36,140 bases of DNA from contig DASSPL010000438.1 of the NCBI GenBank assembly GCA_035699685.1, forward strand, positions 1-36,140, written 5' to 3'. Position 1 is the first letter of the stretch, and every line of letters starts with the position of its first letter. Source of the stretch: Burkholderiales bacterium. Lineage in GTDB: Bacteria; Pseudomonadota; Gammaproteobacteria; Burkholderiales; SG8-39. The notes below the pieces were generated by a model, which was given only the letters and a program-made list of their open reading frames with translations, had not been told where the DNA came from and did no database searches. The translations under genes were made by a program, and so were the position numbers. Shown in pieces: positions 34,124-36,140 of the stretch.

Positions 34124-34157
34124 ACTCGCCGCTTTTCCAATCGGCGGGAGAAGACAA

Positions 34158-34718
34158 GTGGCGGATCTGAAGATCCTCGGGATCAGCGGCAGCCTGCGCA
34201 GGAACTCGTACAACACCGCGGCGCTCAGGGTATGCGAGGAGCTGATGCCGGCGGGAATGAAGATGACGTACGCGCGCATCGACGACATCCCGCTCTTCAA
34301 CCAGGACGTGTTCGACGCCGGCATCCCCGAGCCGGCGAAGCGCTTTCGCGCCGAGGTGGCGGCCGCCGACGGCCTGCTGATCGCCAGCCCCGAGTACAAC
34401 TTCTCGCTCACCGCTGCGCTCAAGAACGCCATCGACTGGGGCTCGCGTCCGCCGAACCAGGTGTTCCAGGACAAGCCCGTCGCGGTGTTCTCGGCGACAC
34501 AGGGCCCGCTGGGCGGGCCGCGCAATCAGTACGACGTGCGGCGCATCCTCACGCAGCTCTGGGGGCACGTGCTGCCGCGGCCGGAGGTGTTCATCGGCGC
34601 CGCGCATACCAAGTTCGACGCCAACGGCAAGCTCACCGACGAGGCCACGCGCAAGTTCCTCGCCGACCTGGTGGTCGGCTTCAAGGCGTGGATCGAGCGG
34701 ATGCAGGTGAAGAAGTAG
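34158..34718 (+). CDS. NADPH-dependent FMN reductase (YieF/ChrR/SsuE-type flavoprotein)
   Basis: 186 aa, GTG after GGGAGAAG. Motifs are ILGISGSLRRNSYN and LLIASPEYNFSLTAALKNAIDW. Confidence 0.85.
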   Translation: MADLKILGISGSLRRNSYNTAALRVCEELMPAGMKMTYARIDDIPLFNQDVFDAGIPEPAKRFRAEVAAADGLLIASPEYNFSLTAALKNAIDWGSRPPNQVFQDKPVAVFSATQGPLGGPRNQYDVRRILTQLWGHVLPRPEVFIGAAHTKFDANGKLTDEATRKFLADLVVGFKAWIERMQVKK

Positions 34719-35421
34719 CGAGCGAGAAGTAGAGGTCCGAGAGATCGGGCCGCCGCGCGAGGCTGTCGGTGCTGTCCTCGAGCACCACGCGGCCCTTGAT
34801 CAGCACGTAGGCGCGCCGCGCGAAGCCGAGCGCGATGTCGAGCTTCTGCTCGACCATCAGGATGGTGAGGCCGCTTGCCTGCAGCTTGGTCAGCGCATTG
34901 CGGATCTCGACTACCACGAGCGGCGCGAGGCCCAGGAACGGCTCGTCCAGCAGCAGCAGCCGCGGCGCGCTCATCAGGGCGCGGCCGATGGCGAGCATCT
35001 GCTGCTCGCCGCCGGACAGCGTGCCGGCCGGCTGGCGCCTGCGCTCCGCCAGCCGCGGAAACAGGCCGTACACGTATGCATAGCGCTCCGCGATGTCGCC
35101 TTGCAGCCGCACTGCGCCCAGCCGCAGGTTGTCTTCTACGGAGAAAGGTGCGAACACCAGGCGTCCTTCCGGGACCAGCGCCACGCCGCGGGCGACGATC
35201 GCGTGGCTCGCCTCGCCGATGAGATCGCGCTCGTCGAAAATGATCTTCCCGGACCGCCTTCCGATCGTACCCGTGATGGCCGCCATCACGGTCGACTTGC
35301 CCGCGCCGTTCGGCCCGAGCAGCGCGACCGTCTCGCCCTTCTCCACGTGCAGATTCACGCCCTGCAGCACGGGGGCCGGGCCATAGCTCGCCGCGAGGTC
35401 AGCGAGCCGAAGCATCGCCAA
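34681..35421 (-). CDS. livF: Branched-chain amino acid ABC transporter ATP-binding protein LivF
   Basis: 246 aa with Walker [10 protein letters not shown], signature LSGGEQQML and Walker B LLLLDEP. A ~15-aa C-terminal tail overlaps the convergent reductase gene by 38 nt. Confidence 0.92.
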   Translation of the reverse strand: MAMLRLADLAASYGPAPVLQGVNLHVEKGETVALLGPNGAGKSTVMAAITGTIGRRSGKIIFDERDLIGEASHAIVARGVALVPEGRLVFAPFSVEDNLRLGAVRLQGDIAERYAYVYGLFPRLAERRRQPAGTLSGGEQQMLAIGRALMSAPRLLLLDEPFLGLAPLVVVEIRNALTKLQASGLTILMVEQKLDIALGFARRAYVLIKGRVVLEDSTDSLARRPDLSDLYFSLATSSPASARSTP

Positions 35422-36140
35422 GGTAGGCCTCCATCACCGCCGGGTTGGCGCGGATCTGGTCCGGCAGCCCGTCGGCGATCTTCGCGCCGAAGTTGAGCAC
35501 CACCACGCGCTGCGCGAGCGGCAGGAGGAAGTGCATGTCGTGCTCGATCAGCAGCACCGCGATGCCCCGCGCGGCGATGCCGCGGATGATCTCGGCCAGG
35601 CGCGCGCTCTCCGCCGGGGTAAGGCCGGCTGCCGGCTCGTCGAAGAGAATCAGGCGCGGCTCGCCGGCCAGGGCGCGCGCGATCTCCAGGAGCCGCCCCT
35701 GCCCGAACGAAAGCGTGGTGACATCGGCTCCAGAGAGCTCGCCGAGCCCGACGAATTGCACCAGCTCCTCGGCCTTGCGCCGGCGCTCGGCCTCCTCGCG
35801 CAGCGACCGGCCGAACACCACCGACCACAGGCCCGCCGCGAAGCGCGTATGCGCGCCGACCATCACGTTGTCGAGCACCGGCATGCCGGCGAAGGGCTTG
35901 TTGTGCTGGAAGGTGCGCATGACCCCGCGCGCGGCGATGCGATGCGGCGGCAGCCCGAGGATCGGCTCGCCGGCGAAGCGCACCTGCCCGCTGGTGGCCG
36001 GAAACGTGCCGGCGATCAGGTTGAACGTGGTGCTCTTGCCGGCGCCGTTCGGCCCGATCATGCCGAGGATCTCGCCTTCGCGCACCTCGAAGTCGAGCCC
36101 GCTCACGGCGGTGAGGCCGCCGAAGCGCTTGGTCAGCTTC
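35399..36140 (-). CDS. livG: Branched-chain amino acid ABC transporter ATP-binding protein LivG (5' end outside the window)
   Basis: It has Walker [13 protein letters not shown], signature [15 protein letters not shown] and Walker [11 protein letters not shown]. The frame stays open to the window edge ([19 protein letters not shown]...), so the ORF-track Met at 36106 is really an internal GTG/Val. Confidence 0.92.
   Translation of the reverse strand, partial: KLTKRFGGLTAVSGLDFEVREGEILGMIGPNGAGKSTTFNLIAGTFPATSGQVRFAGEPILGLPPHRIAARGVMRTFQHNKPFAGMPVLDNVMVGAHTRFAAGLWSVVFGRSLREEAERRRKAEELVQFVGLGELSGADVTTLSFGQGRLLEIARALAGEPRLILFDEPAAGLTPAESARLAEIIRGIAARGIAVLLIEHDMHFLLPLAQRVVVLNFGAKIADGLPDQIRANPAVMEAYLGDASAR

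Noticed and set aside
34681-34730. C-terminal tail of LivF (SLATSSPASARSTP) as a novel extension
   Set aside because: It is most simply read-through past the usual ...DLYF end until the next stop in GC-rich DNA. It is short, low-complexity, and overlaps the convergent reductase gene.

Overview
This is a GC-rich chromosomal segment with strong G/C third-position bias. The gene content (a Bug/TctC-family binding protein, a cpxP-cpxRA-like module, RNase E with a long Arg/Pro/Gln tail) suggests a betaproteobacterium, but that is inference only. I can support 36 protein-coding genes (one cut by the window end), one tRNA-Asn(GTT), two intrinsic terminators and one response-regulator operator. I see no rRNA, CRISPR array, IS element, integrase or prophage genes. 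Layout: 0.2-8.8 kb is housekeeping (rne, LMW phosphotyrosine phosphatase, GNAT, SleB-like hydrolase, a secreted hypothetical, uvrB, an Asp/aromatic aminotransferase, tRNA-Asn). 9.1-12.9 kb holds a divergent cpxP / cpxRA-type envelope-stress module with a perfect GTAAA-N5-GTAAA box, followed by two coupled lipoprotein genes. 13.3-17.6 kb holds a tightly packed CMD/dehydrogenase/M48 peptidase/SnoaL operon, a glycine-zipper protein and an MFS transporter. The stand-out region is 17.6-23.3 kb. It starts with a tandem cyclase-homology-domain/TPR protein. Twenty-eight nt downstream lies a translationally coupled gene pair. The first gene encodes a PAP2/vanadium-haloperoxidase-type protein with no signal peptide, whose N terminus is a perfect (Gly-Gly-Phe)x14 array. 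The second encodes an insertion-rich S8 subtilase, also with no signal peptide. I cannot assign this combination to any described system and flag it as the best candidate for something new. 23.3-30.5 kb is a catabolic cluster (class II aldolase, MFS, ThDP enzyme, Bug protein, amidohydrolase, alpha/beta hydrolase). 30.4-34.7 kb is a ChrB-domain cluster with no ChrA. The window ends in livF and a partial livG. Gene packing is very tight: six convergent gene pairs physically overlap. Most long ORFs in the six-frame track are antisense shadows typical of high-GC DNA.
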